This document shows, one piece after another, positions 10,098-19,211 of a DNA stretch of 59,211 nt (within the stretch, counting starts at the first letter, position 1; each line of letters opens with the position of its first letter). The DNA is from a virus (Duplodnaviria; Caudoviricetes). A program made the position numbers and the translations under genes. The notes under the pieces were generated by a model. It had not been told where the DNA came from and did not search any database. It saw nothing but the letters and a program-made list of their open reading frames with translations. The DNA lies in the IMG/VR virus record IMGVR_UViG_3300042857_000012, positions 1 to 59,211 of that record. The stretch is one strand, 5' to 3'.

Positions 10098-10895
10098 GTG
10101 GTCGCCGCGATCACCGTGACAGCGGACACCGCCAACTCGCGGATCAGCCTCGCCGTCACCGGCGCGACCGGTGGCACCGGCTATATCCGGCGCACCAACC
10201 CTGACGGCTCCGCGAACACGGTGCGGAACGGGGAGCCGGCGACGTTCACCGCGGGCGCGTGGTCGGACTACGACTACGAGGCCCCGATGGACCTCGCCGT
10301 CACCTACCAAGTCCTGTCCTCCGACCAGACGACGGTGCAGGCCACCAGCAGCTCGGTGACGTTGGCCAGCGGCGACAAGACGTGGCTGAAAGACCCGAGC
10401 GTCCCCACGCTGAACTTCGTCTTGAAGGTCACCGCGATGGGGGACCTGTCCCGCGAGCTCCCGATGGGCGTCTTCTACGTCGCGGGCCGCACGTACCCGG
10501 TGGTGACGACGGGCCGCCGGTTCGTGCCCACCGGCGAGGTCGTCTGCTACACCGAGACGTTCGCCGAGCGGCAAGCGATGCTCAACATCCTGTCGTCGGG
10601 CCGGGTCCTGCAACTGTCCACCCCGGACGGGTACGGGTGGGGCGCCTACTACGTCACTGTCGGCACGGTGAACGAGCACCGACCTACACCAATCGCTGAC
10701 AATTCGGTGCGGCACTGGACGCTGCCGCTGACCATCACCGACCGGCCCGCGTACGTGTCGTCGGCCGCGTCGGGGAACACCTGGGGCGACGTGGTATCCA
10801 ACTACGCCACCTGGGCCGACGTTATCCGGCTCAAGGCCACCTGGAACGACCTCATCGCCGCGGTCGCTCCCGCGACGCAGGCCCCGGGAGTCTGA
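10098..10895 (+). CDS. minor tail protein (distal tail-like)
   Basis: Follows the tape measure gene; DYEAP, WLKDP, GRTYPVV motifs. Confidence 0.75.
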   Translation: MVAAITVTADTANSRISLAVTGATGGTGYIRRTNPDGSANTVRNGEPATFTAGAWSDYDYEAPMDLAVTYQVLSSDQTTVQATSSSVTLASGDKTWLKDPSVPTLNFVLKVTAMGDLSRELPMGVFYVAGRTYPVVTTGRRFVPTGEVVCYTETFAERQAMLNILSSGRVLQLSTPDGYGWGAYYVTVGTVNEHRPTPIADNSVRHWTLPLTITDRPAYVSSAASGNTWGDVVSNYATWADVIRLKATWNDLIAAVAPATQAPGV

Positions 10896-10896
10896 G

Positions 10897-12030
10897 GTGT
10901 ACGCGGTGTCGCAGAAGTTCCTGGAGACGATCCGGCGCTCCCACCGGCCGGTGTTCTACGCCGACGTGTACCGCGGCGGCGTCCGGACGACCCCGGCGGC
11001 GTATCAGGCGACGGGACTGCCGCTGGACAAGGGTTCGTCGGTGACGATCGATTGTGGTTCACAGGTCCGCCGGTCCTGTCAGGTGACGATTGCCGACCCT
11101 GCGCTGGACCCGACGACCGCGCAGGCACTACTGGCCCCGTACGGCACCGAGCTGGTGCTGTCCCGGGGCGTGGAGTACCCGGGCGGGGTGATCGAGTGGG
11201 TGCCGCTGGGCTGGTTCCGCATCGACTCCGCGCGGACCTCGAAGTCGGGCCAGCACGGGCCAGCCGGTATTCAGGTGGTCGGCCGGGACCGGTCGGCGTA
11301 CGTCGTGGACGACGAGTTCACCGCGACCGTGGCCTCGACGCAGTCGACTGTGGTCGCGGAGATCCGGGCGCTGATCCTCGACGCGATGCCGTCCCACGTC
11401 ACCGGCCTCCACGACCTCACCGGCGACACCACTGCGTGCCCAGCGCAGGTGTACGACCAGCGGTCCCGCGCCGACGCCATCGATGTCCTCGCTACCGCGA
11501 TCGGCGCCGAGTTCTTCATCGCAGGCGACGGCACCCCGACGTTGAAGCGGATACCGACGGCGGCCACCGCGCCGTCGTGGACGATCGATGCCGGCGTGGC
11601 GGGGGTGCTCATCGAGGCGGACACCAGCGTCGACCGGGGCGTCATCTACAACGGGTGGGTCGTAACGGGGGAGCGCACCGACGGAACCGCCGGGTCCTAC
11701 GCGTTGGTCACCGACACGAACGTTCTGTCGAGCACCTACTGGTCAGGGCCGTTCGGGCGGCGTCCGGGCCGATTTTCGAGCCCGATCCTGACCAGTGATG
11801 CGATGTGTACCGCAGCTGGTACGTCGCTGCTCGCCCGGTCCTCGGCTGCCGGCTGGACCATCGACCTGACCAGCGTCCCGAATCCGGCGCTGGAGGGTTC
11901 CGAGGTAGTCGTAGTGCTTCTCCCCGACGGCCGGCAGCAGTTCCACATCACCGACGGGGTGACGATCCCTCTGGACGTGGAGTCACCGATGCCGGTCCGT
12001 ACCCGCTCGAACAGCCCCACCGGCACGTGA
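10897..12030 (+). CDS. minor tail/baseplate hub protein (DUF5047-like)
   Basis: MYAVSQKFLETIRRSH, LAPYGTEL..RGV..EWVPLGWFRI, GPFGRRP..FSSP, VPNPALE. Confidence 0.8.
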   Translation: MYAVSQKFLETIRRSHRPVFYADVYRGGVRTTPAAYQATGLPLDKGSSVTIDCGSQVRRSCQVTIADPALDPTTAQALLAPYGTELVLSRGVEYPGGVIEWVPLGWFRIDSARTSKSGQHGPAGIQVVGRDRSAYVVDDEFTATVASTQSTVVAEIRALILDAMPSHVTGLHDLTGDTTACPAQVYDQRSRADAIDVLATAIGAEFFIAGDGTPTLKRIPTAATAPSWTIDAGVAGVLIEADTSVDRGVIYNGWVVTGERTDGTAGSYALVTDTNVLSSTYWSGPFGRRPGRFSSPILTSDAMCTAAGTSLLARSSAAGWTIDLTSVPNPALEGSEVVVVLLPDGRQQFHITDGVTIPLDVESPMPVRTRSNSPTGT

Positions 12031-12281
12031 GCGGTCCGGCGCCACTCGCCAGCGCTATCGCCGCGGCGGCGCAGTCGGCGTTGGCCGGCGCGAAGACGTG
12101 GGGGATAGGCACCGTCACCGCGGCCGCCGCCGGCCCGCCCGCCACCGTGACCATCACCTTGCGGGGACAGTCGCTGCCCGGTGTGCATTACCTGACCAGC
12201 TACACCCCGACTATCACCGACAAGGTGCTCGTCCTGACCGGCGGCCAGCAGGTCGTCGTCCTCGGCAAGATCACCGCATAG
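12027..12281 (+). CDS. small minor tail (spike-like) protein
   Basis: GTGA overlap; GTVT..YLTSYTP..DKVLVL..VVLGKI. Confidence 0.65.
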   Translation: MSGPAPLASAIAAAAQSALAGAKTWGIGTVTAAAAGPPATVTITLRGQSLPGVHYLTSYTPTITDKVLVLTGGQQVVVLGKITA

Positions 12282-12291
12282 GAGGGCCCGG

Positions 12292-12951
12292 GTGGCGAAC
12301 ACCCCGATTGCGACGCTGCCGTACCCGGCGCTCACCGACTCCCCGAACGGACCGTCACAGGTCCAGTCGCTGGCGACTGCACTGGATTCACAGGTGGTGC
12401 CACGATTTGCCACCACTGCCGCCCGGGATGCCGCCATCACCGCCCCGGCCGCCGGGCAAATGTGCTGGACCACGACACCGGCGACGCACTGGTACTACAG
12501 CGGCAGCGGGTGGATCATCCTCGGCGGTGGCGCGTATGGCCGGTGCCGGCTCCGCCGGGTCGCCAACCAGTCGGTCCTCACCAACGCCGCCACCGCCATC
12601 TCGTGGGACACCGAAGACGTCGACAGTGGCGGCTACATCACCGCTCCATCCACCACCATCACCATCCCCGCCAGCCTGGACGGCATGTATGCCATCACCT
12701 TCCGTGCCGCCGGCGCCACCCAGCCCACCAACCGCAACTTCGCGGAGATCAACGTAACCAGCGCGCTCACAGGCGTACCGGGCGACTTCCGCATCCCCTC
12801 GACCGGCGGCACCGCAGAAAACCGCATGGTCGCCTACTACAGCGGGCCACTCGCCGCGGGCGACACCTTCGTCTGCAACGTCCTGCACAACGTCGGAAGC
12901 GCCCAAAACTACGTCGGATGGCTGTCCGTCGTCCGCCTCGCGCCGCTCTAG
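12292..12951 (+). CDS. minor tail/receptor-binding protein
   Basis: GGAGG RBS; LPYP..D.P, RFATTAARDAA..P..GQMCW N-terminus; beta-sandwich C-terminus. Confidence 0.7.
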   Translation: MANTPIATLPYPALTDSPNGPSQVQSLATALDSQVVPRFATTAARDAAITAPAAGQMCWTTTPATHWYYSGSGWIILGGGAYGRCRLRRVANQSVLTNAATAISWDTEDVDSGGYITAPSTTITIPASLDGMYAITFRAAGATQPTNRNFAEINVTSALTGVPGDFRIPSTGGTAENRMVAYYSGPLAAGDTFVCNVLHNVGSAQNYVGWLSVVRLAPL

Positions 12952-12961
12952 GAGCCCCGTC

Positions 12962-13246
12962 TTGCCTCCGTCTCCGCAGGTCGTTGTACAACGCACCACC
13001 TCGCTGCAATACGACGGCACCAACGCCACCGCCATCGTTGACCTGCTGACCGATCAATTCCCCCTCACCCCGAACAGTTACTCGGTCGGCGACGAAACCG
13101 ATGGTGTGCTCACCGTCATCACCACCGACCGGGACCTGTGGGCCGACATCGTCGTCAACGAAGGCGATCATGTGGTCGTGAGCTGGAACGGGTTCCAGGT
13201 GACCTCCGACGAGGTGTTCACCGGCCGGTTTGTGCTGCTGCCGTGA
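12962..13246 (+). CDS. hypothetical protein (tail region)
   Basis: AGGAG RBS, TTG start; GTGA overlap with the next gene. Confidence 0.6.
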   Translation: MPPSPQVVVQRTTSLQYDGTNATAIVDLLTDQFPLTPNSYSVGDETDGVLTVITTDRDLWADIVVNEGDHVVVSWNGFQVTSDEVFTGRFVLLP

Positions 13247-14472
13247 CCCTCATCCCGTACGTCGAGATGATCGGGCAGGTCCGCAACAGCCGGTACGTCG
13301 ACACCCGCATGGCGCGGGTCGCGAACAACTCCATGCGGTGGGGCCTGTCCACCTACGTGGCGCCGACGACGTTCGGGAACGCGGAGCACCCGATCCGCGG
13401 GGCGGCGTCGGTGGCAATGCTGGAGGCGGTCGGCATCCAGACGCTGCTGTACGACCCGGCCCTCGCCGGCTTTCCGAGCTACCTGTCCGCGGTGAACCGG
13501 GCCAACTCGCTGCTGATCGCCGTCGACACCGCGCACCGGCAGTACACGACCGGCGGGTGGGGCGGGCAGTGGCAGTCGGCGTGGTGGGCGACGCTCCTCG
13601 GTACCACTGGCTGGATCCAGTGGCGGTACCTGTCCGTACCCGACCGGGAGCGGCTGCTGCAGGTGGTGGAGTACGAGGCCGATCAGCGGCTCGCGCAGCC
13701 ACCCCGATACCTGCGTGATGCCGCTGGAACTGTTCTGACGCCGGGGGACACCGGTGCTGAGGAGAACGCCTGGAACGCCGGCGGGCTGGCGTGCGCGGCG
13801 CTGATGATGCCCGGCCACCCGCGCGCCGGCGACTGGATGACCGCGGCCGTGCAGCTGGCGGTGGCCGCGTTCTCTCACCCTGACGATGTGAGTTCCGGGC
13901 AGGTCGTGAACGGTCGGCCGCTGTCCGAGTGGCTGGACGGATCGAACGTTGAGCAGAGCTACGACGTGGTCAACCACGGCAAGGTCAACCCCGACTACTC
14001 CCAGTCCATCGGCCTGTTCGGGCATACCGCGATCCTGTTCGGGCTGGCTGGGAAGCCGGTGCCGGAGGCGTTCGGGTGGAACGCCGACCGGGTGTACGCG
14101 CGGCTGACCAGCTACTACACGCCGGGGGAGCCGCCGCAGCCCGTCGCCTATCCCGACGGACCGGACTGGGGTGTCCGCCGCTCCGTCTCCTGCTGGTGGC
14201 CCGACACCTGCGCCCAAGTCCTCGGCTGGGACGCGCTCTGCGACCGCCCGGCCGGCTACTGGGCGGATGTCCACCTGGCCGACGCCGACATTCAGCAGGC
14301 CCGGTACACCGACGGGCACCTGTACGCGCCGCTCAACACCGCCAACCCGGCGCTGTCGGAGGACTCCTACCCGGCCCGGGAACAGGTCGGCTGCTACCAG
14401 CTGGCCGCCGGGCATCTGCTGCGCTGGCTCGCTGACCACGACCGGCTCTGGACCACCGACGCGCCGTACTGA
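13243..14472 (+). CDS. Trp/Tyr-rich helical (alpha/alpha-barrel-like) putative glycan-active enzyme
   Basis: GTGA overlap; 409 aa; WQSAWW, GDTGAEENAWNA, NHGKVNPDY; function inferred only. Confidence 0.55.
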   Translation: MTLIPYVEMIGQVRNSRYVDTRMARVANNSMRWGLSTYVAPTTFGNAEHPIRGAASVAMLEAVGIQTLLYDPALAGFPSYLSAVNRANSLLIAVDTAHRQYTTGGWGGQWQSAWWATLLGTTGWIQWRYLSVPDRERLLQVVEYEADQRLAQPPRYLRDAAGTVLTPGDTGAEENAWNAGGLACAALMMPGHPRAGDWMTAAVQLAVAAFSHPDDVSSGQVVNGRPLSEWLDGSNVEQSYDVVNHGKVNPDYSQSIGLFGHTAILFGLAGKPVPEAFGWNADRVYARLTSYYTPGEPPQPVAYPDGPDWGVRRSVSCWWPDTCAQVLGWDALCDRPAGYWADVHLADADIQQARYTDGHLYAPLNTANPALSEDSYPAREQVGCYQLAAGHLLRWLADHDRLWTTDAPY

Positions 14473-14496
14473 ACCGCGAGGCAAGGGGGGCGGGGC

Positions 14497-15015
14497 GTGA
14501 GCGCTTTTCTGATCGCCTTGACGGTGGCGATCCCCGCGTTCCTGGGGCCGTGGATCGCGATCCGCGCGAACGGCCGGGAACGGCGCAAGGACCAAGCGGC
14601 GACGTGGGCGCGGGACGACGAGGTAGCCGCGCAAGCAGCCAAGGCCGCCGAACTGCTCCTCGCGGCCCAGCAGGAGACCATCAAGCGTACGAATGAGGTG
14701 GCGAGGCACGTCGCCGCCGCCACGGCGAAGACCGACGAGAAACTCGATGCGATCCACACCCTTGTGAACAGCGACATGACGGCCGCCCGGCAGTCGGAGC
14801 TGGACCAGACCAGGGTGACGTTGGTGATGCTCCGCAAGGTTGTCGCGCTCGACCACGCTGCTGGTCGCGCTCCATCCGAGCAGGACGTGGCGACGATCGA
14901 AACGACCGAGGCCCGCATCACCGAGCTGCAGGCGATCCTCATGGACCGGTTGGCGCAGCAGCAGGCGGTGGAGGCCGAGACCCGCGCGGCGAGGCTCAGC
15001 ACCGGGGAGCAGTGA
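14497..15015 (+). CDS. membrane protein with coiled coil (lysis region)
   Basis: N-terminal TM segment; IHTLVNSDMT motif; directly upstream of the lysin. Confidence 0.65.
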   Translation: MSAFLIALTVAIPAFLGPWIAIRANGRERRKDQAATWARDDEVAAQAAKAAELLLAAQQETIKRTNEVARHVAAATAKTDEKLDAIHTLVNSDMTAARQSELDQTRVTLVMLRKVVALDHAAGRAPSEQDVATIETTEARITELQAILMDRLAQQQAVEAETRAARLSTGEQ

Positions 15016-15470
15016 CCTCTCCCGCCGACCTCGGCTGGGGTGACCCGCACGTCCTCACCGACGCCGACATGACCGGTGCGCAGCTGTGGCCCGGTCATGT
15101 CGTGCGAGTCCGCAACGACGACGTAGCTGTAGTCGCCGTCGCTCTGGTCCGCCGGTTGCGGACCGCCGGGTGGCAGGGCCCGGATCCGCTGCTGGACGAG
15201 TGGGGTTACGCGCGCCGGCTGAAGCGGTCCGCCGAGGCGAAGTACCGAGCCCAGGGACTCACCGAGGCGCAGTGGCTGCAGCGGGCCGCCCTGTCGGAGT
15301 GGTCCGACCACGCGTGGGGCACCGCGATCGACCTGGACACCGCAGCGAACCCGATGCTGGCCACCCGGCCAGCCGATCCGCAATCCCGCACCACTCGCCC
15401 CGTCGCCGCGTGCCCCGGCATCGCCGCATCCCTCGGATTGGAATGGGGCGGCGCCTGGACGACGCCGTAG
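15012..15470 (+). CDS. endolysin N-terminal M15-family peptidase domain, interrupted by in-frame TAG
   Basis: WGYARR, SDHAWGTAIDL..NP, GLEWGGAW, then TAG; the closing DPQHWQ motif lies after the stop in the same frame. Confidence 0.8.
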   Translation: MTSPADLGWGDPHVLTDADMTGAQLWPGHVVRVRNDDVAVVAVALVRRLRTAGWQGPDPLLDEWGYARRLKRSAEAKYRAQGLTEAQWLQRAALSEWSDHAWGTAIDLDTAANPMLATRPADPQSRTTRPVAACPGIAASLGLEWGGAWTTP

Positions 15471-15542
15471 GACCCCCAGCACTGGCAGGTTGCCGTGACC
15501 CCGCAGCGACTCGCGCAGATAGCGGCACCACTCAGGAGATCC

Positions 15543-16508
15543 ATGGAAGTCCTCGACTACTCATCCGGCTACCCGGCGCCCGCCGCAGTGAAGGCGGCCG
15601 GGTACGCCGGCGTGGTCCGCTACACCGGCACCCCCGGCCGCGGGAAGAACCTGACCCGCGCCGAAGCGCAAGCCATGACCGCCGCTGGTATCCCCGTCGC
15701 GCTCGTCTACGAAGACAGCGCCGGGTGGATGCGCGGGGGAGCGGCGGCGGGGATCGCTGCCGCTCGCGCCGTGCTGGCCGACGCCGCGAACTGCGGGGTC
15801 GGTGTCCGGTGCGTGTACTTCGCCTGTGACGAGGACGTCACCACGCAGATGGCTGTTGTCCTGGCGTGCCTCGACGGCGCCGCAACAGTCCTCGGCAGGA
15901 ACCGCACCGGCGTGTACGGGGAAGCCGACGTCATCGACGCCGCGGTCCCCGGGCACGCCGCGTGGGGCTGGCAGACCCGCGCCTGGTCCGGCGGCCGCGT
16001 CTCCGCGAAAGCGCACCTGCTGCAGCAGATCGGCTACGTCACCGTCGGCGGCATCCAATGCGACCGGAACACCACCCTGAACGACGACTACGGCCAATGG
16101 CCGACCATACAGCGGGGAGACATCATGCTCGACCCAGACGTGAAAGCCTACTTCGACGCCAAATTCCAGGCCGTCGGCGACGGCCTCGGCATCATCATCT
16201 GGGGCGACGAACGCGTCGACACCCCCACCCACGGCGACGGGCACCCAGACAACATTCAGCGAGTCCGCGCAGAGGAGAAAGCCGACGCCGTCCTCGACGC
16301 GACCCGCGACGCGGCGGACGCCGCCCGGGACGTGTCGCTCCTCGCGCAGATCGCCGCGGTGAACGCCCGCCTCGACACCCTCCAGACCGGCGGCGGGGGA
16401 ACCCCCGTCGACCCGGCGGCGGTCGCGGCCGCGCTCGACTACGACCGGCTCGCCGCCGCGCTGGCCCCGCAGCTCGCGAACGTCCTCGGTAAGCGGCTGG
16501 AGTCCTGA
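15543..16508 (+). CDS. endolysin glycoside hydrolase (DUF1906/GH25-like) + C-terminal domain
   Basis: AGGAG RBS, ATG 15543; LDYS..AGYAGVVRY, VYFACDED, TGVYG, WQTRAWSGG, CDRN; same frame as 15012..15470. Confidence 0.85.
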   Translation: MEVLDYSSGYPAPAAVKAAGYAGVVRYTGTPGRGKNLTRAEAQAMTAAGIPVALVYEDSAGWMRGGAAAGIAAARAVLADAANCGVGVRCVYFACDEDVTTQMAVVLACLDGAATVLGRNRTGVYGEADVIDAAVPGHAAWGWQTRAWSGGRVSAKAHLLQQIGYVTVGGIQCDRNTTLNDDYGQWPTIQRGDIMLDPDVKAYFDAKFQAVGDGLGIIIWGDERVDTPTHGDGHPDNIQRVRAEEKADAVLDATRDAADAARDVSLLAQIAAVNARLDTLQTGGGGTPVDPAAVAAALDYDRLAAALAPQLANVLGKRLES

Positions 16509-16575
16509 TGGGCCTGCGCCTGTTCGCCCGCCGCACCGTATCCACCGATCAACCCCGCACCACCACCCGGAAGGC

Positions 16576-16833
16576 ATGACCATGGCCTCACCAATCAAAA
16601 CCAAGGCCACCTACATCCGCGACCTGGTCGAGCGAGTCGCCTCGACGTTCGTGATCACGTTCCTCGGCACGCTGGTCACCGGCGGCTGGTTCGACATCGC
16701 CCACATCCGCGACACCTCCGCGTTGCAGGCCGCCGGGCTCGCCGCCATCGCCGCAGTCCTGTCGCTGATCAAGGGCCTGGTCGCCAAGTTCGTGGCCAAC
16801 CGGGACTCCGCGAGCCTCGCGCCCGGTGTCTGA
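16576..16833 (+). CDS. holin (r1t-like)
   Basis: DLVERVASTF, two TM segments, AAVLSLIKG..SASL; follows the lysin. Confidence 0.8.
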   Translation: MTMASPIKTKATYIRDLVERVASTFVITFLGTLVTGGWFDIAHIRDTSALQAAGLAAIAAVLSLIKGLVAKFVANRDSASLAPGV

Positions 16834-17338
16834 GCCGCTCGCGCATTCCTCCGCGCCCGGGTCGCCGCTACACGGCGACTTCGGGTTGCAGGCCGGCTCC
16901 GGACTGGCCATGTTCCTCGTCCGGGTCGGCACCCTGAGCCGGTGGGGTCATGCCTGCATCGCAGTCGGGGACGCGGCCGGCGGGCAGATCCAGATCGTGG
17001 AGGCCATGCCCGAGGGTGTCCGGACCCGCACCAGCACCGTCGGGTCGTGGGTGTGGTCAAACGTGCCGCTCACCGACGCGCAACGCGACCACATCGCCGG
17101 CACCGCGTTCACCGAGGTCGGGAAGCCCTACGACTGGCCGAGCATCGCCGGGTTCGTCCTACGGCACTTCGGGATGCACCTACGCGGGAAGCGGTCGAAG
17201 GATCACCCGGATGACAGCTTGATCTGTTCGGAGCTGGCCGCCTGGAGTTATCGGGAGGCTGGCGTCGACCTGTTCCCTGACGTAGCTCCTGGCGATGTGG
17301 CTCCTGGCGACTTGGCCGAATACCTCGTCGTGCACTGA
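16826..17338 (+). CDS. permuted papain-like NlpC/P60 (YiiX/YebB-like) enzyme
   Basis: GD..HACI..VEA..GKPYDW..ICSELAAWSY..AGVDL..VAPGDL (His precedes Cys). Confidence 0.8.
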   Translation: MSEPLAHSSAPGSPLHGDFGLQAGSGLAMFLVRVGTLSRWGHACIAVGDAAGGQIQIVEAMPEGVRTRTSTVGSWVWSNVPLTDAQRDHIAGTAFTEVGKPYDWPSIAGFVLRHFGMHLRGKRSKDHPDDSLICSELAAWSYREAGVDLFPDVAPGDVAPGDLAEYLVVH

Positions 17339-17390
17339 CCCTCTGTCCTGCCCGGTCGGTGCCGTCGGGTGGTCCTGGTCGGGCATGGAA

Positions 17391-17434
17391 GCGCCTCCCT
17401 CACTGGCCTACGGGCTGGTGGGGGAGGCGCGTTT
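17391..17434. terminator. hairpin between convergent transcription units
   Basis: gcgcctccctcactggcc / ggctggtgggggaggcgc stem followed by gttt. Confidence 0.65.
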
Positions 17435-17452
17435 CGTGCGTTCAGGGGAAGG

Positions 17453-17767
17453 TCAAGACTTCGCGTCTGCGCGGTCCAGTAGCAGCAGAGCCTCGCTGGC
17501 GCAGCCACCGCATAGCCATACATGGCCGTCACCAGCCCGAGGTGCGGCGAGCGTCTTGACGGCCTCGGGAGTAACCGGACGTTGCATGTCCCAACCCATA
17601 ACGACGTTGAAACCGCACAACGCAGCAACGGGGATACCGCCGCCGTACTTGAACCCCTCCGGGCCTACCTCGCGGATGTGCTCTTGACCCATCGGCCGGG
17701 CGTGAACCGGCTCGCAGAATGCCAGAACGCGCTCCGTGGCGATGTCCTTACTCGACCGTCTGATCAC
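17453..17767 (-). CDS. hypothetical protein (Cys/His, possible Zn binding)
   Basis: GTGA overlap with the upstream HTH gene; H..ALCG..CGGC. Confidence 0.55.
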   Translation of the reverse strand: MIRRSSKDIATERVLAFCEPVHARPMGQEHIREVGPEGFKYGGGIPVAALCGFNVVMGWDMQRPVTPEAVKTLAAPRAGDGHVWLCGGCASEALLLLDRADAKS

Positions 17768-17979
17768 AGTGACGCATCCTTCCTCGGTCGCCCGGTACGT
17801 CCGGGGCGGTTGGCCTGCCATGCGTCGATGGTCTCCGGCAGCCATGCGGGGGAGCGGCCGAACGTGGCGTCAGGTTCGGGGAAGTCACCCCGACCGCGAT
17901 AGCGGGTGATGCTGTCGGGGTGGACGCCGAGCCGGGCAGCAACAGCCGCCCGGTCCAGCAGGGTTTCGGCATCCGTCAT
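17764..17979 (-). CDS. AlpA/excisionase-like HTH protein
   Basis: LLDRAAVAARLGV.PDSITRYR.RGDFPEPD..FGRSPAW....IDAW...RPGR. Confidence 0.85.
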   Translation of the reverse strand: MTDAETLLDRAAVAARLGVHPDSITRYRGRGDFPEPDATFGRSPAWLPETIDAWQANRPGRTGRPRKDASL

Positions 17980-18437
17980 GGTGTCGTGCTCGCCAGTTGG
18001 TCACGCAGCAGCCCGACCTCGACATCGGTGATCCAGCGGTCGCCGGTCGCGGTGTCGTCGGTGACGGACAGGCCTGCGTCGATCAGGCTGTCAATGACAG
18101 CAACCACGTCCGCACGGTCATTGCCCTCGCCAACCAGCAGATTCACGACACTCTCGGCGGGGTGGACGGCAGTGTAGCCGCGCACCGCGTTGCGGAAGTC
18201 ATTCAGACGAGCGAGGTTGGCCGTGACCAGAGCCGCGTTGACGTACTCGGCGCTGGGGCGTACCGACTGGGCGTACGAGGTCATGTTGGCGATGGCCGCG
18301 AATACCCGGTCGCCTTCGGCAGCGTCGGGCCTCCAGTTCGGCTGGTCCATCGTGGCGGCGAACTGCCCGTCGATGGTGAGGCGGGCCGTCGTGTTGTCGA
18401 TGTCGATGGTGATGCCGTCCTGGCTGATCGTGGTCAC
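17976..18437 (-). CDS. hypothetical protein
   Basis: AGGGGG RBS; ATGA overlap; sits behind a strong promoter. Confidence 0.65.
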   Translation of the reverse strand: MTTISQDGITIDIDNTTARLTIDGQFAATMDQPNWRPDAAEGDRVFAAIANMTSYAQSVRPSAEYVNAALVTANLARLNDFRNAVRGYTAVHPAESVVNLLVGEGNDRADVVAVIDSLIDAGLSVTDDTATGDRWITDVEVGLLRDQLASTTP

Positions 18438-18473
18438 TGGAACCCCCTGGAAGTTGTCTGTGTCGCACGGATG

Positions 18474-18502
18474 ACTTTACGGGATAGGGCAGGCTGTGTC
18501 AA
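18474..18502 (-). promoter_or_regulatory. sigma-A type promoter
   Basis: TTGACA-17 nt-TAAAGT on the minus strand. Confidence 0.75.
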
Positions 18503-18542
18503 CGCACCCGGACAACTTCCTATTGCAGATCGTGCAACCCGG

Positions 18543-18845
18543 CTAGGACCGGCCGCGCGGGTGCTTCTCCTGCCACGTCCGGGCCACCGGCCACCCCGCG
18601 GCCTCCAACCCATCCACCACGGCGGCCATCTGCTCGATGCACCACGTCAGGTGGGTGACGACCCTGCCCAGCGCCTCGGCCTGCACAGGCTGCTCGCCGA
18701 GGGCATCCCGGTCAGCGGCGAGGGCTTCGGCGGCCTGGAGGAGTTGCCCGGCCCGGACCCGCAGATCCGCGGTGACGTCCTCGCGGGACGGCGGGATGTC
18801 GTCGCGGGCTGGGGTGATCTCCATGCGGCCAGGGTCGCACGTCAC
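18543..18845 (-). CDS. hypothetical helical protein
   Basis: GTGA overlap (alternative ATG 18824). Confidence 0.5.
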   Translation of the reverse strand: MTCDPGRMEITPARDDIPPSREDVTADLRVRAGQLLQAAEALAADRDALGEQPVQAEALGRVVTHLTWCIEQMAAVVDGLEAAGWPVARTWQEKHPRGRS

Positions 18846-19090
18846 TGCTCCACGCCGTGCCGCTGGCGACGCCACAACCGCAGGTAATCCAGGTACGACA
18901 TGGCGTACAGCCCGGCCAACGTCAACAGGACCATGTCCTGTTTGGTCAGCGCGTACCAGACGAACCCGACCTCCACGAACAGGTTCATCCACCACGCCTC
19001 GCGGGGTGGCTGGTGCCGGCGGATCCGGCGCCGCTGCAGCAGCCACGACACCGCGGCGAGGGCCACCAGCACCGGGCCGCTCACCGGCAT
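18842..19090 (-). CDS. small 3-TM membrane protein
   Basis: Three hydrophobic segments in 82 aa. Confidence 0.6.
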   Translation of the reverse strand: MPVSGPVLVALAAVSWLLQRRRIRRHQPPREAWWMNLFVEVGFVWYALTKQDMVLLTLAGLYAMSYLDYLRLWRRQRHGVEQ

Positions 19091-19211
19091 AACAGCGGCC
19101 GGGCACTGGAAGCGGACAGCGTTGAATAAGCGTGTGCGGTCAACGGGTGTCAGTCCTTCGTAAGCGTCGTCAGGTACGCCGGTCAGGGCTGGGATACGGC
19201 GGAGGTGGAAG

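Noticed and set aside
13168-14856. Long antisense/alternate-frame ORFs (also 9270..10715, 24093..25613, 45962..47440, 57664..58974)
   Set aside because: Arg/Gly/Pro-rich shadow frames of GC-rich genes, overlapping better-supported CDSs
18842-19090. PnuC/PQ-loop transporter call
   Set aside because: Only hydrophobicity supports it; left as a membrane protein
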